Assembly (NCBI GenBank): GCA_963704755.1
Contig: OY969938.1
Location: 1 to 32,000, forward strand
DNA from: an uncultured Chloroflexia bacterium
Lineage (GTDB): Bacteria; Chloroflexota; Anaerolineae; Anaerolineales; Anaerolineaceae
DNA length: 32,000 bases
Reading direction: 5' to 3'
Shown one piece after another: positions 8,758 to 17,779 of this stretch. Made by a program: the position numbers and the translations under genes. Position 1 is the first letter of the stretch. Every line of letters starts with the position of its first letter. The notes under the pieces were generated by a model. It was given only the letters and a program-made list of their open reading frames with translations. It was not told the origin of the DNA and made no database searches.

Positions 8758-9936
8758 ATGGATATTTTTGAAAAATGCTTTAAGTATACAATTGTCCGGG
8801 AAGCCATCGAGCAAGGGTATTACCCCTACTTTATTCCATTGGACGAAAACGAAGGAACCGAGGTCGTTTACAAGGGCCAACGGTTGATTATGTGCGGTTC
8901 GAATAATTACCTGGGCTTGACCACGCACCCGCGGGTCAAAGACGCGGCTTGTGAGGCGATCGGCCGGTATGGATCGAGTTGCACCGGTTCTCGTTTCTTG
9001 AATGGGACTTTGGCGCTGCACGAGCGCCTGGAAGACGAACTGGCCCAATGGGTCGGCAAACAATGTGCGCTGGTCTTTTCGACCGGTATGCAGACCAACC
9101 TGGGAACGGTCAGTGCATTGATCGGGCGGGATGATACCGTCATTATGGACAAGGACGACCACGCCAGCATCGTCGACGGAGCCCGCCTGGGTTATGGCAA
9201 GATCGAACGCTTCCGCCACAATGACATGGAACACCTTGAACGGGTATTGGCCTCCTTGCCTGAAGAGACCGGCAAATTGATTGTGGTGGACGGCCTTTTC
9301 AGTATGGAAGGCGACCTGGCTGCGCTGCCGGAAATGTTACCCCTGGCGCATAAATACGGCGCCCGGGTGATGGTGGATGACGCCCATGGCATGGGGGTTT
9401 TGGGCGGCGGCCGGGGAACTGCGGCTCAATTTGGATTAACCGACCAGGTTGACCTGATCATGTCCACTTTTAGTAAATCGTTTGCTTCGCTGGGCGGGTT
9501 CGTCGCCGGCGATGCCGAGGTCATCGATTACATCAAGCACCATGCCCGTTCCTTGATTTTTAGCGCGTCCATCCCGGCCTCTAATGCTGTGGCGGCCCTG
9601 ACCGCATTGGATATCATGCGCCATGAGCCCGAGCGGATTGCACGGGTCAATGCCATTGGCGACCGGATGCGCAAGGCTTACACTGAAATGGGCTTTAACA
9701 TCGGCCGGTCGGTCACACCGATCATTCCGATCATTATCGGCGACGATGACCGCACTTTCCTGACCTGGCGGCTGTTGTTCGAGAACGGCGTATTCGTCAA
9801 CCCGGTTATCAGCCCGGCGGTCACGGCCGGACACCAGCTTCTGCGCACCAGCTACATGGCCACCCATACCGACGATCAGTTGGATCACGTACTGGAAGTC
9901 TTCCAGAAGGTCGGCAAACAGGTCGGACTGATCTAA
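8758..9936 (+). CDS. PLP-dependent alpha-oxoamine synthase family enzyme (Kbl / BioF / serine-palmitoyltransferase-like)
   Basis: 392 aa. Motifs SNNYLGL, DDAHGMGVLG and TFSKSFASLGG (PLP lysine). The YPYF N-terminal region resembles SPT-like members. No bio or tdh partner genes are in the window, so the substrate is unassigned. Confidence 0.9.
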   Translation: MDIFEKCFKYTIVREAIEQGYYPYFIPLDENEGTEVVYKGQRLIMCGSNNYLGLTTHPRVKDAACEAIGRYGSSCTGSRFLNGTLALHERLEDELAQWVGKQCALVFSTGMQTNLGTVSALIGRDDTVIMDKDDHASIVDGARLGYGKIERFRHNDMEHLERVLASLPEETGKLIVVDGLFSMEGDLAALPEMLPLAHKYGARVMVDDAHGMGVLGGGRGTAAQFGLTDQVDLIMSTFSKSFASLGGFVAGDAEVIDYIKHHARSLIFSASIPASNAVAALTALDIMRHEPERIARVNAIGDRMRKAYTEMGFNIGRSVTPIIPIIIGDDDRTFLTWRLLFENGVFVNPVISPAVTAGHQLLRTSYMATHTDDQLDHVLEVFQKVGKQVGLI

Positions 9937-9945
9937 ACTGTCATC

Positions 9946-9980
9946 AACAAACCCCTCGGTCACACGAGGGGTTTGTTGTT
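9946..9980 (+). terminator. Rho-independent terminator after the alpha-oxoamine synthase gene
   Basis: AACAAACCCCTCG (9946-9958) pairs with CGAGGGGTTTGTT (9965-9977). The T-rich tail is partly within the stem. Confidence 0.6.
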
Positions 9981-10019
9981 CAATAAAAAATCGGTTAATA
10001 CTCCGGTTAGTTCGGAAAT

Positions 10020-10078
10020 GAGGGATGTTTTATTGTTTTTCGCGTGCGAAGCTCGCGAAAAACAATAAAACATCCCTC
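10020..10078. repeat. Long perfect palindromic hairpin element H2 (25 bp arms; centre TGCGAAGCT)
   Basis: GAGGGATGTTTTATTGTTTTTCGCG ... CGCGAAAAACAATAAAACATCCCTC. Arms are exact reverse complements. The centre can extend pairing to a GAA loop with one mismatch. Confidence 0.9.
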
Positions 10079-10146
10079 TCTTTTGCGGTAGCTGAGTAGT
10101 TGCAAAAATGAGTAATACTCATCCTTTGGCAAGAGTTCCTGAATTT

Positions 10147-10183
10147 GAGGCGTTTGCCGGGGTTACACCCCGGCAAACGCCTC
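10147..10183. repeat. Palindromic hairpin element H3 (16 bp stem)
   Basis: GAGGCGTTTGCCGGGG-TTACA-CCCCGGCAAACGCCTC. Lies 14 nt beyond the degV stop. Confidence 0.85.
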
Positions 10184-10196
10184 TGATCCGGTTTTA

Positions 10197-11030
10197 TTAA
10201 TTGTTTTGCAAGTACAGCACCCCGATCGTTCCCGGGCCGCAATGGCTGGCGATGGTTGCACCGGCCGTGCTGATCAGCACATTTTCGATGGGAGCCAGCT
10301 TTTTCAGCTCTTCGGCCAGGTAAGCGGCATCCTCGTCACAGCCGGTGCGGGTGATGAAGACCCGCTTCAAGTCGATATCCGGCAGGTTGGCTTTGAAATC
10401 ATCCAGGAGTGAGTTGAGCGCTTTCTGGCGGGTCCCGCGGATCTTGTCTTTAACCCCCAGGGTGCCGTCTTTGCGCACCTCGATGACCGGGCGGATCTTG
10501 AGCATCGATCCAAAGACTGCTTGCAAAGCGGTGCAGCGACCGCCCTTGTACAGGTAATCCATCGTGTCGATGACGAAGGAAGTGTGCACCTTGGGGATCA
10601 AGTTCTCGATCTCGGCCTGGATCTGGTCGAGGGTGCAGCCCTGGTCGCGTAGGTCCACGGCTTTGAGCACCAACAGACCGATGCCGGTGGACAGATTGAG
10701 CGAATCGATGACCCGGACGTCAGCTTGGGTGACCTGGTCCACGGCCAGCAGGCTGTTGGAGATGGTAGCGGAAAGCATGGAGGAAATGCCGATGTAAAGA
10801 TTCTCGCGACCGGCAGAAAAGCAATCCAGAAATTCCGGAATGGGGACGGCCGATGTCTTGGGAAGCTGGCCGGTCTTGTCCACCAGGCCAAACAATTCAG
10901 GCAGACCGATGTCGCCATCGTGGAATGTTTGATCCTGGATGTAAACGAGCAGGGGAAGGACCTTGATTTGATATTGTTGAATAAGCTCGGGCGGTAAATC
11001 CGCGCAGCTATCGGTAATGATGTTAATCAT
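10197..11030 (-). CDS. DegV family fatty-acid-binding protein
   Basis: The ITDSCADLP motif lies right after the internal ATG at 11030. The 36 codons upstream in the ORF track (to 11138) are AT-rich and look non-coding. Length from 11030 is ~277 aa, typical for DegV. Confidence 0.9.
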   Translation of the reverse strand: MINIITDSCADLPPELIQQYQIKVLPLLVYIQDQTFHDGDIGLPELFGLVDKTGQLPKTSAVPIPEFLDCFSAGRENLYIGISSMLSATISNSLLAVDQVTQADVRVIDSLNLSTGIGLLVLKAVDLRDQGCTLDQIQAEIENLIPKVHTSFVIDTMDYLYKGGRCTALQAVFGSMLKIRPVIEVRKDGTLGVKDKIRGTRQKALNSLLDDFKANLPDIDLKRVFITRTGCDEDAAYLAEELKKLAPIENVLISTAGATIASHCGPGTIGVLYLQNN

Positions 11031-11218
11031 GATGACGGCCTTTGAAATAGGGGTAGAACGACGAATACGGTTATTATAAAACGAAAGTATAGCCAGTTTT
11101 AGAATAGAGTTTTGTATGCGTTTATGGGTGTTGGGCAAGCCAATAAATCGCGAAATTCGAGCGGATCAAAGCGCGCGGCTCTTGTAACGGTATCGAAGTA
11201 GATTTTGCGAACCCCGTA

Positions 11219-12197
11219 TTAGAACCATTTTCGACGGCGGAAGAAAATTAGCATAGCGAGGACGATCACAAAAAAGATCAGCCATATCGCCGGATAACCC
11301 CAACGCCAGGCCAGTTCGGGCATAGAGCGGAAATTCATGCCGTAGACCGCGGCGATGAAAGAAAGGGGCAGGAAGATGGTGGAAACGATGGTCAGGGCTT
11401 TCATGACCTCGTTCAACCGCAGCGAGGTGGAGTTGAGGTACACGTCCAGTGTGCTGGAAGTCATGTCGCGGATGATGTCGATCATGTCGTTGATGCGCAC
11501 CAGGTGATCGTAGATGTCGCGGAAGTAGATGCGGCTCCTGGCGTCGATCACGTTGAACTCGTCCCGGCTGAGGCGGTTGATCATCTCGCGCATGGGTGAA
11601 ATGACCCGGCGCAGGCCCATCAAATGGTGTTTCAATTCGAGAATGCGCTGCAGCATACCTGCATCCGGGCTGGCCAGCATACTATCTTCCAGGTTGTCGA
11701 TTTCTTCCCCCAGTTCATCCAGGTGGGGGATGTAGTCATCGACCAGCATATCCAATATGGCGTGGCAAAAGAAATCCGAGCCGCTCTCGTGGATGCGCTC
11801 GTCGCGGTTGAGCCGGTCCCACAAATTTTGGATCGGAGGCATGGGGTCTTGCGGGTAGGAAGTCACCACAAAATTTGGCCCAAGGAACAGGTTGAGCTCG
11901 ACGTGAGCCAGCTCACCATCCGCCTCAATGGGATTGAGCGCCTGGGCGATGATGAACAGGTAATCGCCAAAATCATCGACCTTCGGAGTTCTGGTAGCCC
12001 ACCGACTGGCAATCTTCGACAGCCAGGGGGTGGAAGTGGAACAGGTCGGCCAGGACGAGATCGATTTCACTTGGGTCGGGCTTTTCCAGGCTGACCCATA
12101 GTAGGACAGCCGGATCGGCCAGGACCTTGGGAATCTCTTCCAGTGCGATATTGTAAATGGGATCGCCAGCAGGCGGATAGAGGATGGACCGGATCAT
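11219..12197 (-). pseudogene. corA: CorA magnesium/cobalt transporter interrupted by a single-base frameshift
   Basis: ORF 11973..12197 encodes the CorA N-terminus, ending ...FHPLAVEDCQSVGYQ. ORF 11219..12070 continues in another frame with PKVDDFGDYLF and runs to the YGMNF motif and two C-terminal TM helices. The two frames overlap around 11975-12010. Confidence 0.85.
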
Positions 12198-12255
12198 AAT
12201 TTCTCCCTGGTTGCGTGGTTCAAACTATTATAGTGATTATTCGATAGCGCGCTAA

Positions 12256-12318
12256 AAGATTTCCAGAATTTGACCTGTGTGTGACAAAGCCACACACAGG
12301 TCAAATTCTGGAAATCTT
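12256..12318. repeat. Long perfect palindromic hairpin element H4 (28 bp stem)
   Basis: AAGATTTCCAGAATTTGACCTGTGTGTG-ACAAAGC-CACACACAGGTCAAATTCTGGAAATCTT. Lies in the divergent spacer between the corA start and the SCP2 start. Confidence 0.9.
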
Positions 12319-12375
12319 ATGAAGTTACCCATTATATTCAAATTAGTGTAAAATCAGCGCGAGGAGAAAACGACC

Positions 12376-12741
12376 TTGAGCGAACCAGATATTTCTTCAG
12401 TGATCAACTCCCTACCGGAATTTTTCCAACCCGAAACTGCGGTCGGAGTAAAAGCAAAGATCGGGTTTGATATCAGCGGTGAGCAGGGCGGACAGTGGGC
12501 CGTAGATATTCAAAACCAAACCTGCCAGGTCACCAGCGGGTTACCGGAACACGCTGATTTGACTTTATCCGCCGATGGGCAAGACCTGATCGATATTTTT
12601 AGTGGCAAACTATCCCCCATGCGGGCCTTTTTTATCGGTAAGCTGAAACTGCAAGGGAATATGTCACAGGCGATGAAGATCAGCGATTACTTCAAAATGG
12701 ATTCGGAGAAGCTTAATCGACTAGGCATCCACCTGGATTAA
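12376..12741 (+). CDS. SCP2 sterol-carrier-like domain protein
   Basis: 121 aa with a TTG start preceded by GAGGAG. GKLSPMRAFFIGKLKLQGNMSQAMK is a typical SCP2 C-terminal pattern. Confidence 0.75.
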   Translation: MSEPDISSVINSLPEFFQPETAVGVKAKIGFDISGEQGGQWAVDIQNQTCQVTSGLPEHADLTLSADGQDLIDIFSGKLSPMRAFFIGKLKLQGNMSQAMKISDYFKMDSEKLNRLGIHLD

Positions 12742-12832
12742 ATAGAAACCGTGACTTATTCTACTCAGCCAATGTAAAACAGGGTGATTTTATTTATGGT
12801 ATGCCTCGCATGCCAAAAAAGAAACCCCAATA

Positions 12833-12870
12833 AGACTTATTTGCGGGGGCTATACCCCGCAAATAAGTCT
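12833..12870. repeat. Palindromic hairpin element H5 (16 bp stem)
   Basis: AGACTTATTTGCGGGG-GCTATA-CCCCGCAAATAAGTCT. Confidence 0.85.
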
Positions 12871-12918
12871 AACAGGGAAATTTTATAAAAGTGGCCTGAG
12901 CTGTTACAAAAATGCAAT

Positions 12919-12946
12919 AAAAAAGGAAGCTTCAGCTTCCTTTTTC
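12919..12946. terminator. Bidirectional rho-independent terminator
   Basis: AAAAAAGGAAGC-TTCA-GCTTCCTTTTT between the convergent SCP2 and sufT-like genes. Confidence 0.6.
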
Positions 12947-12954
12947 TTATGTGT

Positions 12955-13302
12955 CTAATATAAACCCCAGTCGAGGTTGACCGATTCTTCCATCATCGAA
13001 AAATCCCACACCTCCATGCCCAACTCGATCGAGATTGGCATCCCCAGCGCTTCTTCCGCTTTGACGCGGGTCATGTCAATCAGCGCCGGCCCGTACGGGC
13101 AAAACGGTGTGGTCAGGATCATCCGCATCAAGCCATGGTCGCCTTCGACGGTGAAATTACGGATCAATCCTAGCTGGACGACGCTCAAGCCTATTTCCGG
13201 GTCGTTGACTTCGTTTAACGCATCTTTAAGTTTTTCACAAACATCGGGATGAGTTGCTTCGGCATCCCATACGGGTCGATTGGTTCCAGTCTGTTCAGTC
13301 AT
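12955..13302 (-). CDS. sufT: DUF59 / SufT-like Fe-S cluster assembly protein
   Basis: 115 aa. VNDPEIGLSVVQLGLIRN and the CPYGPALID motif are typical of the DUF59 (MIP18/SufT) family. Overlaps the sufR stop by 8 nt. Confidence 0.85.
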   Translation of the reverse strand: MTEQTGTNRPVWDAEATHPDVCEKLKDALNEVNDPEIGLSVVQLGLIRNFTVEGDHGLMRMILTTPFCPYGPALIDMTRVKAEEALGMPISIELGMEVWDFSMMEESVNLDWGLY

Positions 13303-13930
13303 TTTCCACTTCTACAGGTTTTTGCATGGGTACGATGTAAACACAATGATTATCTCCGTCCAAAACGCAATTTGCTTTTTGGGCGTTGGCAGACAATACG
13401 GTCGAAATTAAGGTCTGATCGACCGAGCAAACCTCCGGATGAGCCTGTGTTACGTGAAAATAGGGACAGGTGATCTCATGAATGGTGTAAGAATCACCGG
13501 TTTTTTGCCAATCAACAATAAAACCTTCGTCAGCCAGGAGGTCTTTCAAGAAATCCAGCTTTTGTTCGAAGGTCATGTTAAGGGTGGCACGGGCGTGTTC
13601 TTCAGCCAGGTCTTTAGCGATCTCCGAGAAAATCGTTTCGACTGCCGGAGAGGGTAATGTGGCTTTTAGATGTTCAAGTAACCGGTTGGCCAGTCGAAAG
13701 TAGCGTGTTGGAAACTTTTCCAGCCCATCCTCAGTCAGAAAATAGACCAGGCGGGGCCGGCCGACACCGTGGCGCTCCTCTTCTGCAGTGACCAGGCCAT
13801 CCGCCAGCATACTGTTGAGATGATGGCGGACTGAAATTGCGTTAATTCCCACCGCTTCGGCAAGCTCATTGATCGTTGAACGCGGTTCGTTTAGTAAGGT
13901 TTGCAGAATTTTTTCTCTAGTGCTTCTCAT
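13295..13930 (-). CDS. sufR: SufR-like winged-helix transcriptional regulator with C-terminal cysteine cluster
   Basis: N-terminal HTH (TINELAEAVGINAISVRHHLNSM). The C-terminus carries four Cys (CPYF..C..C..C), as in Fe-S sensing SufR. The start is placed at the ATG at 13930 because the longer ORF (13987) would begin upstream of the predicted -10. Confidence 0.8.
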   Translation of the reverse strand: MRSTREKILQTLLNEPRSTINELAEAVGINAISVRHHLNSMLADGLVTAEEERHGVGRPRLVYFLTEDGLEKFPTRYFRLANRLLEHLKATLPSPAVETIFSEIAKDLAEEHARATLNMTFEQKLDFLKDLLADEGFIVDWQKTGDSYTIHEITCPYFHVTQAHPEVCSVDQTLISTVLSANAQKANCVLDGDNHCVYIVPMQKPVEVEND

Positions 13931-13977
13931 ACATTCTCTTCTCTGGCCAGGCGATTTGCCCGGCCTAATCCAACGGA

Positions 13978-14006
13978 AGTATAGCAAAGCCCAATAAATT
14001 TGTCAA
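13978..14006 (-). promoter_or_regulatory. Predicted sigma-70 type promoter for sufR-sufT
   Basis: On the minus strand: TTGACA (plus 14001-14006), 17 nt spacer, TATACT (plus 13978-13983). Confidence 0.5.
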
Positions 14007-14030
14007 TATATATGAATATTATAGTAAATA

Positions 14031-14059
14031 TTGACCCTTTTAAAGAACCATGCTATAAT
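14031..14059 (+). promoter_or_regulatory. Predicted sigma-70 type promoter for sufCBD
   Basis: TTGACC (14031-14036), 17 nt spacer, TATAAT (14054-14059). Its -35 and the sufR -35 form an inverted pair, GTCAATAT ... ATATTGAC. Confidence 0.55.
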
Positions 14060-14083
14060 CGACAAGAATAAATATTAATTTAG

Positions 14084-14109
14084 ATATTTATGAACAAATT
14101 CATAAATAT
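14084..14109. promoter_or_regulatory. Palindromic candidate operator in the sufC 5' UTR
   Basis: ATATTTATGAA-CAAA-TTCATAAATAT, an 11 bp perfect inverted repeat. It lies downstream of the predicted sufC -10 and upstream of the GGAGG RBS. Confidence 0.4.
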
Positions 14110-14144
14110 CATGAACGCGATAGAACCGGAGGAAATCTTCAACA

Positions 14145-14924
14145 ATGGCTGTATTAAGCATTAAAAACCTTAAAGTTAACATTGAAGGGAAAGAAATATT
14201 GAAGGGTGTCAACCTCGATCTTCCCCAGGGAGAGGTTCATGCTATCATGGGCCCCAATGGGACGGGGAAGTCAACCCTGGCATACACCTTGATGGGACAT
14301 CCTTCCTACGAGGTGACCGAGGGAGAGGCTATTTATAAAGGTGTCAATATTCTGGAGCTCTCCCCGGACGAACGCTCTCGTTTAGGCGTGTTTTTAGCGT
14401 TTCAATATCCGGTTTCGATCCCTGGTGTGACGGTTGCAAATTTCCTGCGGACGGCTGTGAATGCCCGCCGGCGAGCGGAAAACCACGAAGATAAGGGTGT
14501 GCCAATCCCCGAATTCCGTAAAATGCTGAAAGGCAAAATGGATCTGCTCAAAATGGACCCCGCCTTTGCCGGCCGTTATTTGAATGATGGCTTTTCCGGC
14601 GGCGAGAAAAAACGAGCCGAGATCCTGCAAATGGCTGTATTGAAACCTGAGATTGCCATTCTGGATGAGACGGATTCTGGTTTGGATATCGATGCGCTGC
14701 GCGTCGTTTCGGAAGGCGTGAATGCCTTGCGTGGAGCCGACCTCGGTGTGCTGGTGATCACTCACTACCAGCGTATTTTGAACTATGTAAAACCGGATGT
14801 CGTCCACGTTATGATGGACGGACGGGTAGTAGAAACCGGTGGACCGGACCTGGCGTTGCACCTGGAAGAGCACGGATATGAATGGGTCCGCGAAAAGATC
14901 GAAAACGGAGCAGTCACTGCATAG
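14145..14924 (+). CDS. sufC: Fe-S cluster assembly ATPase SufC
   Basis: 259 aa. Walker [10 protein letters not shown], signature FSGGEKKR, Walker [11 protein letters not shown]. Confidence 0.97.
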   Translation: MAVLSIKNLKVNIEGKEILKGVNLDLPQGEVHAIMGPNGTGKSTLAYTLMGHPSYEVTEGEAIYKGVNILELSPDERSRLGVFLAFQYPVSIPGVTVANFLRTAVNARRRAENHEDKGVPIPEFRKMLKGKMDLLKMDPAFAGRYLNDGFSGGEKKRAEILQMAVLKPEIAILDETDSGLDIDALRVVSEGVNALRGADLGVLVITHYQRILNYVKPDVVHVMMDGRVVETGGPDLALHLEEHGYEWVREKIENGAVTA

Positions 14925-14968
14925 TCTCCCGTGTAGCGGACTGATTTATGCGGTTTGAGGAGGTAAGT

Positions 14969-16381
14969 ATGACCACAAATCCACAAACGGATTTTTTAGA
15001 GGATTTAGGGGATTATCAGTACGGGTTTACCGACCCAGACGTATCGGTATTCAAGACGCGAAAAGGGCTGGACGAAGAAGTCGTTCGCCAAATTTCGGCC
15101 AGGAAAGGTGAGCCGGAATGGATGCTCGAGTTCCGCCTGAAGGCTTATAAACATTACATTCAACGGCCAATCCCCAATTGGGGCGCGGACCTTTCTGACC
15201 TGAACCTGGATGACATTGTGTATTATGTCCGGCCGGCAGAGATGTCCAGTAAATCCTGGGAGGATGTGCCCCCATCCATCAAGAATACCTTTGACCGCCT
15301 GGGTATCCCGGAAGCAGAGCAAAAATTCCTGGCCGGCGTGGGTGCCCAGTACGAATCAGAGATGGTTTATCACAGCATCCAGGCCCAGTTGGAAAAACAG
15401 GGTGTTATCTTTCTTTCGATCGAAGATGGGTTGAAGCAATACCCGGATTTGTTCCGCCAGTATTTTGGCACGGTTATCCCGATCGAAGATAATAAATTCG
15501 CTGCGCTTAACAGCGCGGTCTGGTCGGGCGGGTCTTTTGTCTACATCCCCAAGGGCGTCAAGGTCGACCTGCCTTTACAGGCCTACTTCCGCCTGAATAT
15601 GGCCAATATCGGGCAATTCGAGCGCAGTTTGATCATCGCCGATGAGGGCTCGCAGGTACACTACGTCGAAGGCTGTACGGCGCCTCAATATACGACCAAC
15701 AGCTTTCACAGTGGTGTGATCGAGATTGTGGTCAAAAAGGGTGCGCGGGTACGCTATTCGACCATCCAAAACTGGTCCAACAACGTCTATAACCTGGTGA
15801 CCCAGCGCGCGTTCGTCGAAGAGAATGGGACGATGGAATGGCTGGACTGCAACATTGGTTCTAAAGTGACCATGAAATACCCGTCCTGCTATCTGATGGG
15901 CCCGGGAGCGCATGGCGAGATCCTTTCGATGGCCTTTGCCGGCCCTGGCCAGCGCCAGGATGCAGGCGGCAAGATGATCCACATGGCTCCGCACACCAGC
16001 AGCAAGGTGACTTCCAAATCGATTAGCCGGGGTGGCGGCCGGGCGTCTTATCGTGGCCTGTTGAAGGTTTATAAAGGCGCCGAGGACGTCAAGTCCAACG
16101 TGGTTTGCGATGCCCTTCTGCTCGATCCGCAATCTCGCTCGGATACCTATCCTTATATCGAGATCGACGAGCAAGATGTCACCATTGGCCACGAGGCTTC
16201 GGTCTCCAAAGTCGGCGAAGAGCAGTTGTTCTACCTGATGAGCCGCGGCTTGAGCGAAGAAGAGGCAACTACGATGGTAGTTTCCGGTTTTATCGAACCG
16301 CTGGTCAAAGAGCTGCCCATGGAATACGCCGTCGAAATGAACCGGTTGATCCAGTTGCAGATGGCTGGTTCGGTAGGTTAA
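14969..16381 (+). CDS. sufB: Fe-S cluster assembly scaffold SufB
   Basis: ~470 aa with typical SufB sequence throughout. The ATG at 14969 is preceded by GAGGAGG 5 nt upstream and is preferred over 14948. Confidence 0.96.
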   Translation: MTTNPQTDFLEDLGDYQYGFTDPDVSVFKTRKGLDEEVVRQISARKGEPEWMLEFRLKAYKHYIQRPIPNWGADLSDLNLDDIVYYVRPAEMSSKSWEDVPPSIKNTFDRLGIPEAEQKFLAGVGAQYESEMVYHSIQAQLEKQGVIFLSIEDGLKQYPDLFRQYFGTVIPIEDNKFAALNSAVWSGGSFVYIPKGVKVDLPLQAYFRLNMANIGQFERSLIIADEGSQVHYVEGCTAPQYTTNSFHSGVIEIVVKKGARVRYSTIQNWSNNVYNLVTQRAFVEENGTMEWLDCNIGSKVTMKYPSCYLMGPGAHGEILSMAFAGPGQRQDAGGKMIHMAPHTSSKVTSKSISRGGGRASYRGLLKVYKGAEDVKSNVVCDALLLDPQSRSDTYPYIEIDEQDVTIGHEASVSKVGEEQLFYLMSRGLSEEEATTMVVSGFIEPLVKELPMEYAVEMNRLIQLQMAGSVG

Positions 16382-16420
16382 TGAAAAAACTACACGTTTA
16401 TCAACGAGAAACGATCAACT

Positions 16421-17779
16421 ATGACGAGTGAAACACCCAAAATCGTTACCCGTGGCCGCAGGCGAGAAGAATCCGGTCCGCGCCAGTTTCCCTTCACCCA
16501 GTCGATGGTAAGGAGCGCGGGCCAGGCAGAGCAAGTCGCGGTTTACCGGGAAAAGGCCTGGGAAAGTTACCAGACACTGCCGATGCCGACGACTAAGGAT
16601 GAACCCTGGCGGCGGACGGATATCACCGGCTTGAAAGCCGATATTTTTCACCTTCCGGAAAAGGATGCCTACCTGGACCTGGCGCCTTTGCCCACAGATT
16701 TGATGAAACCAGTCGCGGACCAGGAACATGCAGGAGAGGTCCTCCTCAGCCCGGGTGGCGCACAGGTTTCTCTGGCGCCTGAACTGGTCCAGCGCGGTGT
16801 GGTTTTTACCGACCTGCGTACGGCAGAAAAAGAGCACCCGGAACTGCTCGAAAAAGTGATAGGTAAAGTGATCAGCCCGGCCGAAGGTAAATTCGCTGCC
16901 ATAGCCGGCGCTTTGGCCGAAACCGGTGCTTTACTGTACATCCCGCGAGGTGTACAGATCGAGCAGCCCTTACATTCATTGCTGTGGGGCCCTGGCGAAG
17001 GGCTGGCCCACATTTCACACCTGATGGTGTGGATGGAAGCGGGCTCGTCGGTGACCTATGTCCACGAATATGCATCGCCGACCGAAAATGAGCAAACCCT
17101 GCACTGCGGCCTGGTAGAAGTGTATGTCGGCGAAGGTGCCAGCCTGCGTTTTGTGGAATTGCAGTCCTGGGGTGAAAATGTGTGGAACTTCACCCACGAG
17201 CGGGTACGCGTTGCGCGTGATGGTAATGTGGAATGGGTGTTCGGAGCGATTGGCGGCCAACTGACCAAGAATTTCGCCGACCTGGACCTGGTTGGGCAAG
17301 GAAGTACCGGGCGTATGTCCGGCTTCTACTTTACCGACGGGAAGCAACACCTGGACTATGATTCGCAACAAAACCACATGGCTCCCAATACGACCAGCGA
17401 CCTGTTATTCAAAGGCGCCCTGATCGACTCCAGCCGGGTTGTCTGGCAGGGTATGATCTACGTGGCCCCAGGATCGATGAAAACGGATGGCTACCAGGCC
17501 AACCGTAACCTGGTGTTGAGCCGAAACGCCCGGGCTGATTCGATCCCTGGCCTGGAGATCCTGGCGGACGATGTCCGCTGTACTCACGGCGCCACGGTTG
17601 GAAAGATCGACCAGGACGAGGTTTTTTATCTGCAATCGCGCGGCATTCCCACGCAAGATGCCGAGCGCCTGATTGTGGAAGGGTTTTTTGACCCAATTAT
17701 GCAGCGGATCCCATTCGAAGGGGTGCGGGTGCGGTTCCAGGAATTTATTCAACGCAAGATGGAAATTTTCCATAAGTGA
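16421..17779 (+). CDS. sufD: Fe-S cluster assembly protein SufD
   Basis: 452 aa. SufB/SufD beta-helix family C-terminal region (ANRNLVLS..., FYLQSRGI). Positioned right after sufB. Confidence 0.9.
   Translation: MTSETPKIVTRGRRREESGPRQFPFTQSMVRSAGQAEQVAVYREKAWESYQTLPMPTTKDEPWRRTDITGLKADIFHLPEKDAYLDLAPLPTDLMKPVADQEHAGEVLLSPGGAQVSLAPELVQRGVVFTDLRTAEKEHPELLEKVIGKVISPAEGKFAAIAGALAETGALLYIPRGVQIEQPLHSLLWGPGEGLAHISHLMVWMEAGSSVTYVHEYASPTENEQTLHCGLVEVYVGEGASLRFVELQSWGENVWNFTHERVRVARDGNVEWVFGAIGGQLTKNFADLDLVGQGSTGRMSGFYFTDGKQHLDYDSQQNHMAPNTTSDLLFKGALIDSSRVVWQGMIYVAPGSMKTDGYQANRNLVLSRNARADSIPGLEILADDVRCTHGATVGKIDQDEVFYLQSRGIPTQDAERLIVEGFFDPIMQRIPFEGVRVRFQEFIQRKMEIFHK

Noticed and set aside
10030-10242. 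70 aa minus-strand ORF between the AOS gene and degV
   Set aside because: It is composed of hairpins H2 and H3 and overlaps the degV 3' end.
11031-11138. 36-codon N-terminal extension of degV
   Set aside because: The AT-rich extension has no similarity to DegV. The canonical DegV N-terminus (IITDS) follows the ATG at 11030.
11219-12197. Treating 11219..12070 and 11973..12197 as two separate genes
   Set aside because: The two ORFs overlap in different frames and together reconstitute one CorA protein, so they are a single frameshifted gene.
13931-13987. Longer sufR start at 13987
   Set aside because: It would begin upstream of the predicted -10 box. The added residues are not part of the winged-helix domain.
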